Of a stretch of DNA of 64,000 bases, positions 37,101 to 51,300 are shown piece by piece. The first letter of the stretch is position 1, and each line of letters starts with the position of its first letter. Made by a program: the position numbers and the translations under genes. The notes beneath the pieces were generated by a model, which saw only the letters and a list, made by a program, of their open reading frames with translations, searched no databases and had not been told where the DNA came from. The stretch spans positions 1,364,001 through 1,428,000 of the forward strand of contig CP075492.1 in assembly GCA_021613535.1 (NCBI GenBank), in the 5' to 3' direction. This DNA comes from Adineta vaga (lineage: Eukaryota > Animalia > Rotifera).

Positions 37101-40100
37101 TGTTTTCCTATAGATTCTCTATTAACATCAACACTTGAATGTTTCTATTCAAATTCGAACTGTTTTTCAATTATATTAAATTACATAAAGGACGCTTATA
37201 ATAGAAATGCACCATATCCAACATTATTTTCTTATCAACCTCTTATTTATGATCCAAAATCAAGTCGTTTTCCTCCGAAAACTTCAATTTCATTTATAAT
37301 TAAAGAATTAATGATCGAAAAATGGAATTCATTGATATCATACAAACATTATTATGAAGTATGTGCTCCAAGTTACTGTGTTTATACTGCTACAGCTCGT
37401 ACAAACACTTCTATCGATGTATTAGTCATATTGATATCTATGATCAGTAGTGTTACTATGATACTACGTATTATTACACCTCAACTAGTAAAAGTATTTT
37501 GTAAACTATTAAAATTTATCTTAAAAAAGCTATCTTCATCACATCAACACGCCTCACCATCACCATCACAACAACAACAACAACAACAAGGTAATAATTG
37601 ATATAATATGTATAGAATTTTGTCTTGATAAAATTAGTCATCAGTATAGCTCTTTTTTTTGCACAAAGTAGTAAAAATCAAATAAAACTTTTCACGCTAT
37701 AGTATATAATATTGATAATAATCTTTTGAAACAAATGCATAAGTAAAAGTTATGTTCATAATACGAGAAAATATAAACTTTATTTTTCTATAAATAGATC
37801 AGTCAACGTTGTACAACAGACTTAAAAGAACAATGAAAAATCTTATCATACGTTTATATAGAATAATTATTGATTTAAATGTATTTACTAAGCAAGATTT
37901 TCGGAATAATGTTGATACAATCAAAACAAAACATTATGGTCAATTGGCTACTCGTTTTTACATTTTATTGCTTCTAATTAGTCTTAGTATAGTCGGTATA
38001 TACACCATAATTAATCCTCATATCTTAACTGAAACATTTGATAAACCAAATTTTGACTTTTATAATTCTCTTCAACAAAAATATGGAGATGAATTAAGAT
38101 GTTCTTGTTCATCCATTGCATCAACATATAGACAATATGCGACAATTAAACCAATATTTCATCAAGTAATCAATTACATATATTTATATATAAAATGTTA
38201 TTTGATGTCAAAACATTCTTCTTGAATTTATAGATCTGTACAAGTGAATTTGTTTCAAAAGAATGGCGAATGAATCTAAAAAAGAATCTTGTTTCTAATC
38301 TTTCTATTTATAATGTCAAAGATTATCGTCGTTTTCTATCTGCTCATCTACAATTTCTTCGAGGAATATGCGAACTTTCGATGAAATCAGTGTGTAATTA
38401 CATCGAACAATTTCTTTCTTCACTTCTTATTACTCCTCAACTTTTATCAGAAAATATTTTTCAAGAAAATCTCCTTTCATTGATAAAACATAAAAAATCA
38501 AATATAAGAACAACACTTGATCAAATTCTATTCTTAATTCGAAATCTAAATAATTGAAATGGTATCATATCAACTTATGGAACAAATTATGAATATATAA
38601 TTTCTTTACTTCACAGAAGAGATTATTTGTTTACTCGTGGTATAACATATAATGATGAATGTTCCTGTGAATCATATCAGAATTGTACAATTCAAGCTAC
38701 TTTCATTGAAGTAAATTCTAATGAAAGTGAATCGATAAAAGGTTTTAAAATTGGTTGTTTACCAAGTGAATCACTTCGTTCATCAACTCTTGAATGTTTT
38801 TATAATTTATCATGTATTCAACTCATTTATAAATATGTCAATTTTACAAAATCATCAGTTCTTCTTTCTACAAACACAAGTCGATTTCCAATCAATACAA
38901 CAATCGATATTCTTATCGACGAATTATTTGTCGAAGATTGGAAAACATCGAATGATTATTCATTCTATTATAGACAATGTTTACCATCATTATGTACATA
39001 TACTTATTCTCAAAAACTCAATTCATTCTATACATTGACTCTTTTAATGGGTATTCAAGGTGGTTTGACAATTATTCTCAAATGGATCACTCCAAAATTA
39101 GTTCCCATTGTAATATTAGTATATGAACGTCGAAAAAACAGAAGAAACAATGTTCAACCTGTTGTTAACATAACATCTCAGTATGTTTTTTTTCTTCATT
39201 TCATTTGAATAATATTCTATAAGATTTTCTATTCTAGAACAAATCTTTCTTTACCAAATCGACAGTATTGTAAAAACACCTTTCTGTGTCTTTTAGTATT
39301 TATGATAATAATCATAATTCTTATAATATTTTCTATCTTTTTCGTTCAATATCAAAACAAGAAAATCATACTAACAGGTATGATCTTTATTAGGAAATAT
39401 CTTCAAATAATACTTTATTTAACTTGAAGAAATTGTTTCATTTATTATTGTTCATTGATTTATTCGGAAAAGTTACCTTTTTTTTTTATTGAAATCATTC
39501 TAATATATTTTCAATTTTAAAAAAGAATATAAATTAAAAATTTCTTTATTTTATTAGATTCATCATTGACTAGAACAATTATAACTACAATTTCAATCGA
39601 CAATACAACAATAGTAAACTCGATTCAAAGTTAGTGAATAAAAAAAATAAGTATTCTGTTTTTTTTTTAAATATATTTCAAGAGATGACAAACATAGAAA
39701 AGTATTTCGATATCTAGTAAGAAATCTAAAGATTATGTATATCAATGATAGAAATAATTCTGTTTCATATATAGTTTTAGAAATAGAAAAGATTGTTTTT
39801 TGTTTTTTTACTTTCAGTAACAAGACCATGTGAATTAGAATTGAAATCAATATCAAATTTTGAATTATCTGATGAATACTTGAATATTACATCTGTTACT
39901 ATTATTGATATTAATCGAGACGATCGACTTGATCTTCTCATTGCATATTATTCATCTTCTAATATAAATATATTGCTTGGAAATGGTAACACAACTTTTC
40001 AAACAGCAAGATATTTTTATGATTCTTTTTTTCGACTTTGTCATTTATCGAGATTTCAATAATGATAATCAAATCGATATTGCTTACGTTGAACATCAAT

Positions 40101-40915
40101 GTTTTCTTAATATTCAATTTGGTCAAGACAATCTTACATTAGGATCAGTGATATCAACTTCACTTAACTTTATGTGTCAAATAAAAGACATGCAAGCTGA
40201 TGATTTTAATCGTGATAATTATTTGGATATAATTGTCAAAGTTACAGACAAGATTTTCATTCTTTTAGGGAACGGTACAGGAAATTTTATTAGACAGGAA
40301 ATAAGATTTTCGTCGGCAGATATATCTGGATTGGAATCATTCATTGTTATTGATTTTAACAATGATAATTGTTTAGATATTATTTCTCTTTATAAATATC
40401 AAAGAAAGATTTTCATATGGTATGGACATAATGATGGCACTTTTGATGAAGAAAATATTCTCTTTACGGTTCGTGAAGTTAATAAAATCTCTTCTATTGC
40501 TTTGTCTAATTTTAATAACGATACTCAACTGGATATGATCATCTTGTATGAGAGTAAATCTTTTGTTTCAATTATATTTGGCTCAAAAAATGGTACTTTA
40601 GACGCAACAACGCACAACAATATACCTGTTGGCTTCAATAGATACAACAAAATTATTATAAATGATTTCAATAAAGATGGTCATTTGGACTTTATAATGG
40701 TTGCAGAGGGTCAGTCTTATTATTTGAATATATTACTGGGTTATGGAAATGGGGATTTTCACTTGCAGACAGTACTTTCCAGTACACATGAGGCAGAGTC
40801 TCGCGCTCTTCGTGTAGATTCTGGTGATTTTAATAATGATGGATACACAGACTTGATTACTTGGGAGTCTTTTGTGAAAGATACAAAGATTATTTTGAAT
40901 ACACCTATATGTTAA
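34118..40915 (+). pseudogene. Multi-exon membrane protein: three tandem TM-(Cys-rich loop)-TM modules, an extra TM, then FG-GAP/VCBS repeats; nonsense codon at 38555-38557 and frameshift near 40030
   Basis: Exon 1 34118-34289 ends G|gtaag. CxC...FH(P/Q)IC(S/T)SxF occurs three times, as do GC(L/F)PxxS...STx(D/E)CxY and CxPxxCxYT followed by a TM. C-terminal DFNxDxxLD repeats. Confidence 0.75.
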
Positions 40916-41250
40916 GCATTCGACAAAATGCATATAAAAATGTACTGTATGTCATTTTCTTCAAATGACTCTTTATTTACGCAACATTTTTTTTTAAACA
41001 TGATTATTCTATATATACTACCACGTTTTCTCTGCTTATGTGACAATATATGTTCGATGTATACCTTTTAAAGATGTACAAAGTGAGAGTGTGTGAGCGG
41101 ATTTGACAAACATTCACATTATTGTATTCAAGTAATGATTTTCTTATCATTATTTTTCATTATATATTTCTCAATCAATAACAGTAAAACACATTGAATT
41201 AACATGGATTTAACAGAGGAATCACGACGAAAAGTGTTGAGTAAGAAAGC

Positions 41251-41306
41251 GAGTGTGGTGTGGATGTGAGTGACAGAAGATAGAAGTATCCACATCCACC
41301 CTCAAG
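41251..41306. repeat. Telomere-like palindrome (weaker copy at 41327-41415)
   Basis: gagtgtggtgtggatgtg...tccacatccaccctcaag. Confidence 0.7.
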
Positions 41307-42169
41307 AGACATTTTCAAAGCTCATCTTTGAAGGGTGTCTAATTAGTTACCTTTTATATTTGTTTTGAAAAAGCATAGAAGAGTAATAGACCCACGCACA
41401 AACCAACACTCCTCATTACTCATAATCATTTCGTAACTTCTAACAACATAATTACTTTTCTCGTACGCAACATAAAAAAACTAAAGCAAGATTCGAGTTC
41501 CTCAACCTTGATTATAGACTAATAAACGTTTAAGAATTGTTTTAGACTATGTAAAACAATGAGTCTCGTATGTACCAATATGAGAAGAATCACAACTGTA
41601 GAAGAAACCAAAGGTTTATTCAGAATGTTTTAATCGTATAGTTATACTGAACTCGATACTATGCACGAGTATATAATAATGGTAAGCAGGAAATTTTTAC
41701 ACGAGAAATATATGTACTCAATGAAGTATTTACTGTAGATATACAAAAGTGTATTCCATAGAGGCGATCGTATGTATAGACCAGGAAAATTACGTAACAC
41801 ATTCGAAACAAGTCTTCATGTTCCCAATCGAAATATTTCATATGAATAAACTCTTGAAGAAATCAATCAATTCTATAAAGAAGATTCATATCCTGATATA
41901 TAATTCTATTTTATCTAAAGATGACGAATCATCTCTATATTTCTGACGAGAAGAATAATAAACTATATGGACGGACGAGTTTAGATAAATAATAGAAGAA
42001 AAGATGTGTGTTTGATAAGATTTTTTGTATGAAAGTCAACAATAGAAGAAGAGCAAATAAAAGGTATACACATTATAGAAAGGTCGATTTAATTCAAATG
42101 ATGTTTCATTGAACAACAAATTTATGTGAAATAGTTTCTTACATAAAATCATTTGTTTAATATTTCGAT

Positions 42170-43529
42170 ATGCAGTCATGTCTTATTTTACCATCGCTAT
42201 CAACTGGTAATTGTCGTCAAATTAAATTAGCTGGTATTGATCTATGGATTACTCCACGTATTGATAATGTATTCGTATATCCCGCTGATCTGAATATCAA
42301 TCGGTTGAAAGAAGCACTTAGTCGTACTCTTTCTATATGGCCTCTAGTTGCTGGACGTTTTCTATTACTCAACAATACACAATATATTATTGAAATGTCT
42401 GACAATGGTATTCCATTTTCATTTGTAGAAAATAATGAATTAATTCAATGGCCTACTAATTTAAATGTCGTGTTAGATAGTGCAGAAGGACGATTACAAA
42501 TGTTTATCGACGAAGTATTAACTAATAAATTACATCATGGTTCTGCAGATGAACCACTTTTTCGCTTAAAAATTACTCATCTCATTCAAAGTGGAGAATG
42601 GACAATGGGTATTAGTTGGGCACATGTTCTTGGCGATGCTTATACTTGTTTAACATTTTTAAATACATTATCACGTTTATATCAACAACTTGAACTATTA
42701 GAATCATTACCTGTTTTTGAACGTCGATTATGGAATAGAGAAAATGCTGATCAATCTCTTTTGCCTTTTATGAAACATCTAACTGATGCATTGTCACCTG
42801 AACAAAGTATCGAAAGAAGTGTCAATGAACAAATCACACATGATCAGATAAATATATATTTTTCTGGTGAACAACTCGTTCGACTTCATAGTATAGCTGA
42901 CAATAGTATGTTTACTATTCAAGATGTGATGACTGCTTATATTATTCTTACTTTAAATACGCATTGTTTTAATAAATAATGACGAACAATTTATTCAACA
43001 TACAAATATGATTATTAATTATCGTAATGTATCTGATTCGATTGCTCCTCCTAATCTCATGGCTAATTGTACCTTACGAATGCTGTCAGAAAATTTCGAC
43101 GATCCCTATTCTCTTTCAAGTATTGCTAAATCAATTCGTCATTCAATTATTCGATCGAGAGATCCATCATTGCTCGAATCGATACTTGCTACTGGAGATG
43201 GATTAATGCGTGATCTAGCTCATGATAATCGAGAAGTGAACACCGATCATTTTCCACATGGTATTATCATCAACTCAAATTATCGATATGATTGGGCAGA
43301 TTCGGTTGATTTTGGACACGTGAACAAATGTCGTTTTTATACACATGGAACAGCACCATTATTTCTACGTGTATTTCATCTAAATCCAATCTTCGACGGT
43401 AATCAATGGATAGAAAGAGATCAACGCGGTGCAGAAATTACTTTTCGTATTGAAAAACGAACCAAACAGAAGTTTATAGCTGCATGGCAACGAGATATCA
43501 ATGATAATTTTGCACATGTAAAACAATAA
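42170..43529 (+). pseudogene. BAHD/transferase-family acyltransferase with +1 frameshift near 42975
   Basis: WPLVAGR, HxxxD (AHVLGD), INYR, VDFGH. aataaataat instead of aataataat breaks the frame between ORFs 42170 and 43008. Confidence 0.8.
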
Positions 43530-43799
43530 TGAGAATTTTAAATTCTTGTTCACAATCATCAAATACACCTTTCAAAAGATGTCAATCATTTACATTTCTC
43601 ATCTAATATACATTCTATTCATTTGTTCTTCTAATAGATTTTTTTTATTTACTATGATTATTAATTAACATCGTCTTACATCAAATAAATATGTTCGCAC
43701 AAATAAAGGAAAAATTACATTAGTCAGGTTATATATCAATTTAAATGATACGAACAAATATACTTGGATACATCTCATTTTTGTTTAGGTTGTGGTCAA

Positions 43800-43862
43800 C
43801 TTGAGGGTCTGGTGTGTGAGTGAGGATGGGTGTGAAACGAAAAGTATTACCCACACCCATCT
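43800..43862. repeat. Telomere-like palindrome
   Basis: cttgagggt..gtgaggatgggtgtg-aaacgaaaagtatt-acccacacccatct. Confidence 0.7.
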
Positions 43863-44351
43863 AGAGCTTCGTCGTTCTTTCCTTGAGATTAGAGAGCCAC
43901 ACCAATGTAGTTTAAGCTCTCGATAACCCCGACATGGTCGGATAGTAGTAATATACATAGATGTTCACTCGAATTAGGCAACCCATGGTTCAAATGGGAT
44001 ACATTTCGGTAGAGCCCGTCCGGTCAAACAATTGTGAATGATTTCAACATTGTTACTAATAATACATTTTTTAAATATATGTTTTGTAGATTCACGTTTT
44101 CTCGTTCGGATTATGTCTTTACAAATCTTTACCAGCCGAAATCTTTTAATTAAAACTTACGGACCCGGAAAATGTGGATCCGGTCTATTTGAATGATAAC
44201 GTTTTGGACATAAATAGTTTCTATATGTATGCAAAGATGTAATCCGAAAGAGAATACATAACGCTACAAAATGCAAATTTAAAACATGTATTAATGTTAA
44301 AAATAATCAAATCATTCGACCGGATCTTGATTTTAAAACTTTTGGACCCGA

Positions 44352-47300
44352 CCAGAGGTGCCAGATGTAAAAGTAAAAAATCCGGAATATTTTTTCTAAA
44401 ATCCGGAAAGGTCTTCCAAGATTATTTCATCGATATAAACATCATCTATCTGAAATACATTATCAATATCGTCGTATATTTTCACAAAATTAAGTATATT
44501 CTGATTATATAAAAGAAAGCGAACATATGAAAATGATCAACTTATCGGAAATAACTTAAAAATTTCATAATTTACAGGTAATTAACACACTTTTCAACAA
44601 TTGTTTTTCATTAGACTAAATAAGCTTGAGCAATTCTGGTTTTGATAAAAAGATTCGAATTCAAACTTCTTTACTCAATAAGAAAGAATTGAAAGGAATT
44701 TTTAATTCAGCTCCAACAAGTTTTGCTGACATACGATTTCATTTATCATCAAATAAATGCTTCATTCTTGAGATAATATTGTCAACAAATGTACTGCTAC
44801 ATTGGATCGATAGTAAGAAATAAATTAATTTATGTAAACTGGATCAAGGTGAAGGTGTTAATTCAATGAGTAACAACATCGTTCACAGTTGATCTAGTTG
44901 AATTTCTTTTTTAAAAGTATTTACTTTTAAATCTTTATCATTGCCATCATCTGTATCCAGAGATACTAGATGTAAAAGTCGAAAACCCGGAAGAAAGCCG
45001 GAAGTCGGAAGAGTTCCGGAAAAACTTTCAAAATACGGAATCTTTCTGTAAAATCCGGAACGTCTGGCAACTCTGGGCACGACGCACTCTGGTACTATAT
45101 ATTGTTGTAATCCCAAGTTTTTAGTTTGAATATCAAATAAAGTTTGATGTAAAAAGCATAAAGTATATTTAGACATGTTTGAGGACAAATAGGTTGTAAT
45201 CATCGATAGACAATTTGTTGTATCTTCTTTTTCATCATCGATGTCAGAAAAAGAAGAAGATAATAGTTCATGAACTTTTAACAGGCTATCAATTGAGTTG
45301 TATAAACTAAGCCAACAAAGTTTGATATGCTGAAGTAAACGCTAAACAAATAACATTTTCATATTTATATAAAAACATTAAGAGTTTACTATATCTACTA
45401 GATAATCTTCTTCAACAAAGTCGAAATATTCTTTTAATTCAACAGCATGTTTTGCTGATGAACTAAAATAAGTATACAGTGTTGATAAAAACGATTCAAC
45501 ATCAAATGGTAAATGTCGATGAGACGCTTTGAACGAACTGGATAAAATATAACAATAACAATTTCCTAAGAGACGAAGAATGTACTTAGAGAAGAATTTT
45601 GCTGAAAAATCGTTCTATTACCTTTAAACAAGTTCGAAGCTTCAAGCTGTATAATGCGAAAACCGATTGATATCGACCAAAATCTATCTTTGTATTATCA
45701 GCACGGATCGATGTCAATTTTTGAATATCAAGATTATATTTTCTCGATAGATCACGTAATGTATCTACAATATTTATATCTGCTTCACGTGGTTGTTCTA
45801 CAACTTCTAATATAGATCTCACAATACCCGATTGAAGTGTAAAATAATTAATTATTAATGGAAACATCATTATATTTCCTCTGCTAGAGCCATCGAAAGA
45901 CAAAGAATAAAAAGATTGCTTTACTTGTTATATAATTCGAGAAGTAACATATGGAGCTAAAATTTGCAACAGATTTAATGAAAAGAAATGTTAATATTAA
46001 GGATATACAGTAAAGTGCAAAAACAATTGCCGTTTAGTGCATAGACTTTGTTCTAAGCTGTCTTATACGTTCTTTCAACGATCGTTCCTAGATTATTTGT
46101 AGATATTAGGTACTGTCTTTATATATTCAGTAAATCTGGTATTGCTCGAAAACTTCTATATAGTTTCATAAAAATGACTCATATTCCAGGTATCAGTCAT
46201 TTATGATCGGATCAATAAGTAGAAGTTTGAAACTACTGTACAACGATGACTGTCATCCACACTACGTATGATAAAATTGCCAAGGTCGAGGAACGTAGCA
46301 TTGAGTTACAGTGAAGCTAAGAATGTGGTTCATCCTTCATATATAGGTGAAACTACCGTATGACCACTTGATAGCGCAATAATCAATTCAGTTCATCCAT
46401 TCCACTAGATCATTTAATGAATAGATATGAATGAAAAACTTCGAGATATTGATAAACGGAAAAGATTCATACACAAAAAGTGCATTGAAACTCATGCGAA
46501 AGTTATAAGTTTTTGAAGTACTTCCAAGAACGTCAGATTATTGTCCCTTATGAGCTCGTAGAGAGTGACAAATTTTTAATGATTAATGTGTTTACAGAGT
46601 ACAGTATATTTGTAGTATCACCATATTAAGAAGTCCTCATATCTTACACTTCTGTTAGAAGAATCTTGAAAAGTCTCTCGGTAATTATTTTTGCACACTA
46701 CTGTGTGTTATAAAAATAAATATATTAACTAGTTTCTCGTATTTTTCTTTATTAGATAATTTATTTCTAGAAGTGCTACAAATTGAATTAACTTACGAAG
46801 GACATTTACTACTAATTAATGTGTTTTTGTTTTCCCACAGGTGATATTTTACCCAACATGAGATTCATCAAAAATCTTTTTGAGAAGATGAGCTGTACAT
46901 GACTGACTGATATAACTATATCCATGACGAACTCCATGAAAAACAAGACTAAGTTTAGCTGCAGTTAATTTAGTTAAAATCGATGATTGTGGAATAAAAT
47001 CAATAATTGATCGTGCTTAATGAAAAAAAAGAATCATTCAACAAATGTATTGAGTGTCAACATCATTACATAATTCTATACATTACATTTTTCTTTTGCT
47101 TAAATGTCAAATAAACGTTTATGATTACAGCTTGTTCAGCAGGACGATTAATAAGATAAATACCATCATTCAAAAATAGAAAAATCTGATTTACATATGA
47201 AACAATGAGCAAAATATTTATTAGATCGACATTCTATTAAGAAATTCTGCATATTTAGGATCTTCTAACTATTTCTGTTTGAAGATACAATGTCTTTTTG

Positions 47301-47445
47301 ACTTTGATGAATTGCTTTTTTTTTCATTGATATTGGTAGTTGATTTATTTCAGCTCCTAGACGATTCTTCACCTGTTGTTGTTGTTGCTTCTGAATCTTC
47401 AGAAACTTCAGCTTCAATATCGTTGTTCAATTCCATACAATTCAT
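44352..47445 (-). mobile_element. Decayed hAT-superfamily DNA transposon (transposase pseudogene on minus strand)
   Basis: TIR-like ccagaggtgccagatgt at 44352. Minus-strand fragments: BED-like KRHCIF..EDPKY..AHCFICKSDFSI (about 47100-47300), TAAKLSLVFHGVRHGYSY (about 46900), SFDGSSRGNIMMFPLIINYF..ADNT, LYTYFSSSAK, WLSLYNSI. Confidence 0.75.
44957..45076. mobile_element. About 120-bp MITE with hAT-type TIRs inside the transposase remnant
   Basis: ccagagatactagatgtaaaagt ... acgtctggcaactctgg; CCGGAA-rich interior; same terminus as 44352. Confidence 0.6.
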
Positions 47446-47787
47446 TATCTAGAAACCATTGCAGAGAAAATCTAAAACTAGATGGCTTTTTTATATGCTA
47501 AGTATTTTTCAGACATAATAAGAAAAAAATTATGAAATAATGATGCATGAAAAAGAAGAATTTATTAAACTTTATTTTACCGTTCTGATAGCGAAAAGAG
47601 AATATAGAAGTGAATAATTCTAGACGAATTCAAGTTGTACGGTGATATATATTGATCAGTTCTTTACCAATACATTTTAATATAGATGTTCCTGTGAGAT
47701 GACAAAATTCTAAGGTAAAAATATTTCTAATTTTCATTAGAAGATCAGTTGTACCCACATCACATTAAAAAGTCGAAATGGGCACTG

Positions 47788-48077
47788 CAGCTGCGACACT
47801 AATTTCGCATTTGCGAAACGACGATTAATATTTTTATTATAATATTTCGCGAACATTCTCATAGAAATTGAAATAACAATGACGTAGATAGTTTATGTGT
47901 ACTTTTGTTAAAGATATTTAATATACAGCTGCGACACTAATTTCGCATTTACGAAATGACGATTAATATTTTTATTATCATATTTCAAGAACATTGCACT
48001 TACAAATTGAAATAATGATGACGTAGATAGTTTATGTGTTCTTTTGTTAAACATATTTTATATGCAGCTGCGACACC
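47788..48077 (+). repeat. Tandem repeat, period about 138-139 bp, 2 full copies plus start of a third
   Basis: cagctgcgacac at 47788, 47926 and 48065 with conserved intervening sequence. Confidence 0.9.
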
Positions 48078-48218
48078 CATTTTAATATCCGAAATAATCA
48101 TTATCATTTTCATCATGATATTTGAAAAGAAATCTTCCATATAAATAACGGGAATTAATCAGCATAAAATACTTTCTTTCCTTTCTCATTCCAATTTTTG
48201 TCAGTTCTAAGAAACTTC

Positions 48219-48345
48219 AAAGTTGAATTCAACTATTCAAGTTTTAAATATTGAACTTCAAACAGGCCCTACGTGTGTGTTTGTGCTCCGCGGCACCCTC
48301 CCACAGGATAGGTCGTTGAAAAGTTGAATAGTTGAATTTAACTTT
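48219..48345. repeat. Inverted repeat (22-bp arms) around a GC-rich core
   Basis: aaagttgaattcaactattcaa ... ttgaatagttgaatttaacttt. Confidence 0.7.
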
Positions 48346-48380
48346 CGAGTATTACATGTATTATTTTTTCATCTACCAGA

Positions 48381-51300
48381 ATGCAAACGACAATGTTCAT
48401 ACTCCTATATACAATAGCTTTTGTACAACTCTCAAGCTGCTCAGTGATTGGTGAGTATCCTACGCAATATTGAAACTAGTGGAATACACCACAAACATAA
48501 TTTATTATGTTTAAAATAAAAACAGAAATATACTTGAAAAAAGAGTATAAAATACATAGGTTAATACGAAAACAAAACGTTCAGTTTTATTACGTATCGT
48601 GTCTGCTTCCACTTCCTCTACGCACTAAGAACGAACTAAGCATCGCTTCCCAACAAATAAGAGCGAGATATCATATCAACAAAATATAAAATCCTTCCAT
48701 TACGCCTTACATAATTTATAGGTAGGTTATCAGTTGCCCAAAATTGTGGTTCCCAGAATTGGTTCACAAATAAAGTCCACAATTGTGGACCAATTCTGGG
48801 AACCACAATTTTGGGCAAATGATAGTCATTCAATTTATAATCAAAATGATACATTTCTCCTCTAGCCACTAAACCATACCTAACTAATCCAAATACCTTC
48901 CCACTGAATATAAAATCAAATTAACTATGAAAACAATCCTAATACCTACCTCAACCGGAAAAACGCCAACTTTCACCGGCATATCATTTAGTATCATATG
49001 AAAACATTTTCCATCTACACCATATCTCCATCTCGCAGATATCTCCTATTTTTTACTATATCACCAATAACAATTTTATTCAACAATAATCACTTACATA
49101 TTTTCCCATCTATATCTCTAGCCGGTAACAACAATCCAGGCTCCTGCACTCCTTCCTGTAAAGGAAAATATACCGACTATCCACGAACATCCACTTGTTC
49201 CTTGGTGTGTCAAGAGACAGGATCGTTATTTTGCATAAAAGGCTCAACATTTTGTCCACAATCCGACGTTGAATTCGGTGGTTATTGCAACATTGGTGCT
49301 GGTAACTCAGGTTGTCCAGCAGGATTCTGTTGTGTGTACAGCACTTTGAACAGTACTGCACCATACCGCTGTTTACGATGCAAAGATTCATGTAAGTCAT
49401 TCAGAGATGCTGAACATCTTCGATAGTATTCAGTCAATATTTGAAAATACTTTGTATTTCATAACGTAATCTCTATACTTTTCTTTCTTTCAGCGTACAA
49501 ACTAAATATTCTACCTGTTGCAAAAGCTGCAGATTATGTCGCGAACTTCCCAAGTTCACCTTGCTGCTCTAGCATTTGCAATGGACCAGATACATCTGCT
49601 TCGAAGAGCAGTAGTTGTTCGGTAAATTGTGACGATGGTGGATGGGCATACTGTTACAACTCTTCCACATTCTGTCCAGCATCTCATTTTGAATACACCA
49701 GTTATTGTAACGCAGCTGCCGGTGATAAACCATGTCCATCAGGATTCTGTTGTATCCATAACACCTATTTCGCTGACAAACCATATCTTTGTATGAGATG
49801 TAACAATCTAGGTAAGTTAGATATACGCAGAACTTTTCCACTCGAATATCGGATTCGCCGTTTCAACAGCAATTGAATTCAGAAACAGTCTAAACCACAT
49901 TTCTTTCGTTCAGAATACAAATTGCCATGTCAATCCGTCGGTCCTACAAAAGCACCAGCGCCCGCAACAGTAGCAACGAAAGATCCTAAAAATGCCGGTG
50001 CATGTTGTTCTGGAACGTGCAGTGGAACATTCACCAGCAATCCAGTCACGAGCACTTGCTCTCTACATTGTGAAGACAAAGGTGGTTTCTTCTGTCAAAA
50101 AGAATCGACCTTCTGTGCCAACAACTACTTTGAATGGGCAGGTCCTTGCAACGCCACCGCTGGCGATCAAGCTTGTCCAACCGGTTTCTGTTGCGTTCAC
50201 GATAACTACTATGCCGACAAACAGTATGTGTGTCTCAAATGCAAAGACGGAAGTAAGTAACCAACAGAGTACGTTTTTGACCGTACAGAGCGATTTGCTG
50301 AATCGTGCAAATAAACTTTTCATGCATTGTACGTATTCTTCTTAGGTGCACCGGCTACTTGTTCATCCCAGTCTGGTAAAAACAAACCAGCAACAGCAGC
50401 ACCAGTGCCAACAGCAACGAAAGATCCTAAAGATGCCGGTGCATGTTGTTCTGGAACGTGCAGTGGAATATTCACTAGCAATCCAGTCACGAGCACTTGT
50501 TCATTGCATTGCGAAGACAAAGGCGGTTTCTTCTGTCAAAAAGAATCGACCTTCTGTGCCAACAACTACTTTGAATGGGCAGGTCCTTGCAACGCTACCG
50601 CTGGCGATCAAGCTTGTCCAACTGGTTTCTGTTGTGTTCACGATAACTACTATGCCGACAAACAGTATGTGTGTCTCAAATGCAAAGATGGAAGTAAGTG
50701 CTCGGCATAATCCTTTTATGACCGTACAGAGCGATTTGCTGCATCGTGCAAATTAACTTTTCATGCATTGCACATATTCTTCTCAGGTGCACCGGCGACT
50801 TGTTCATCCCAGTCTGGTAAAAACAAACCAGCAACACTAGCACCAGCACCAGTGCCAACAGCAACGAAAGATCCTAAAGATGCCGGTGCATGTTGTTCTG
50901 GCACGTGCAGCGGAACATTCACCAGCAATCCAAGCACAAAGACGAGCACTTGTTCATTGCATTGCGAAGACAAAGGCGGTTTCTTCTGTCAAAAAGAATC
51001 GACCTTCTGTGCCAACAACTACTTTGAATGGGCAGGTCCTTGCAACGCTACCGCTGGCGATCAAGCTTGTCCAACTGGTTTCTGTTGTGTTCACGACAAC
51101 TACTATGCAGACAAACAATATGTCTGTCTCAAATGTAAAGATCAGAGTAAGTGTTCAGTTCTTTCACGATTGCGCCGTGACAATCGATTCGTAGATATAT
51201 ATTACTCGAATTCCTGACCGGCATTTTCCTTTCTTAGGTGCAGTCCCCGCTTGTGCGTTGAAGAATGCTCCAGCAGCAGTAGCAACGAACACAAACAACA

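Noticed and set aside
38555-38557. In-frame TGA as selenocysteine or programmed readthrough
   Set aside because: The context suggests a simple GGA>TGA change, the gene also has a frameshift, and no SECIS was identified.
43890-44350. GC-richer segment with ccggtc/gaccgg motifs as a structured RNA
   Set aside because: It adjoins the hAT terminus and is probably further TE debris; no family could be supported.
47788-48077. Regularly spaced cagctgcgacac repeats as a CRISPR array
   Set aside because: The intervening sequences are copies of each other (tandem repeat), there are no cas genes, and the context is eukaryotic.
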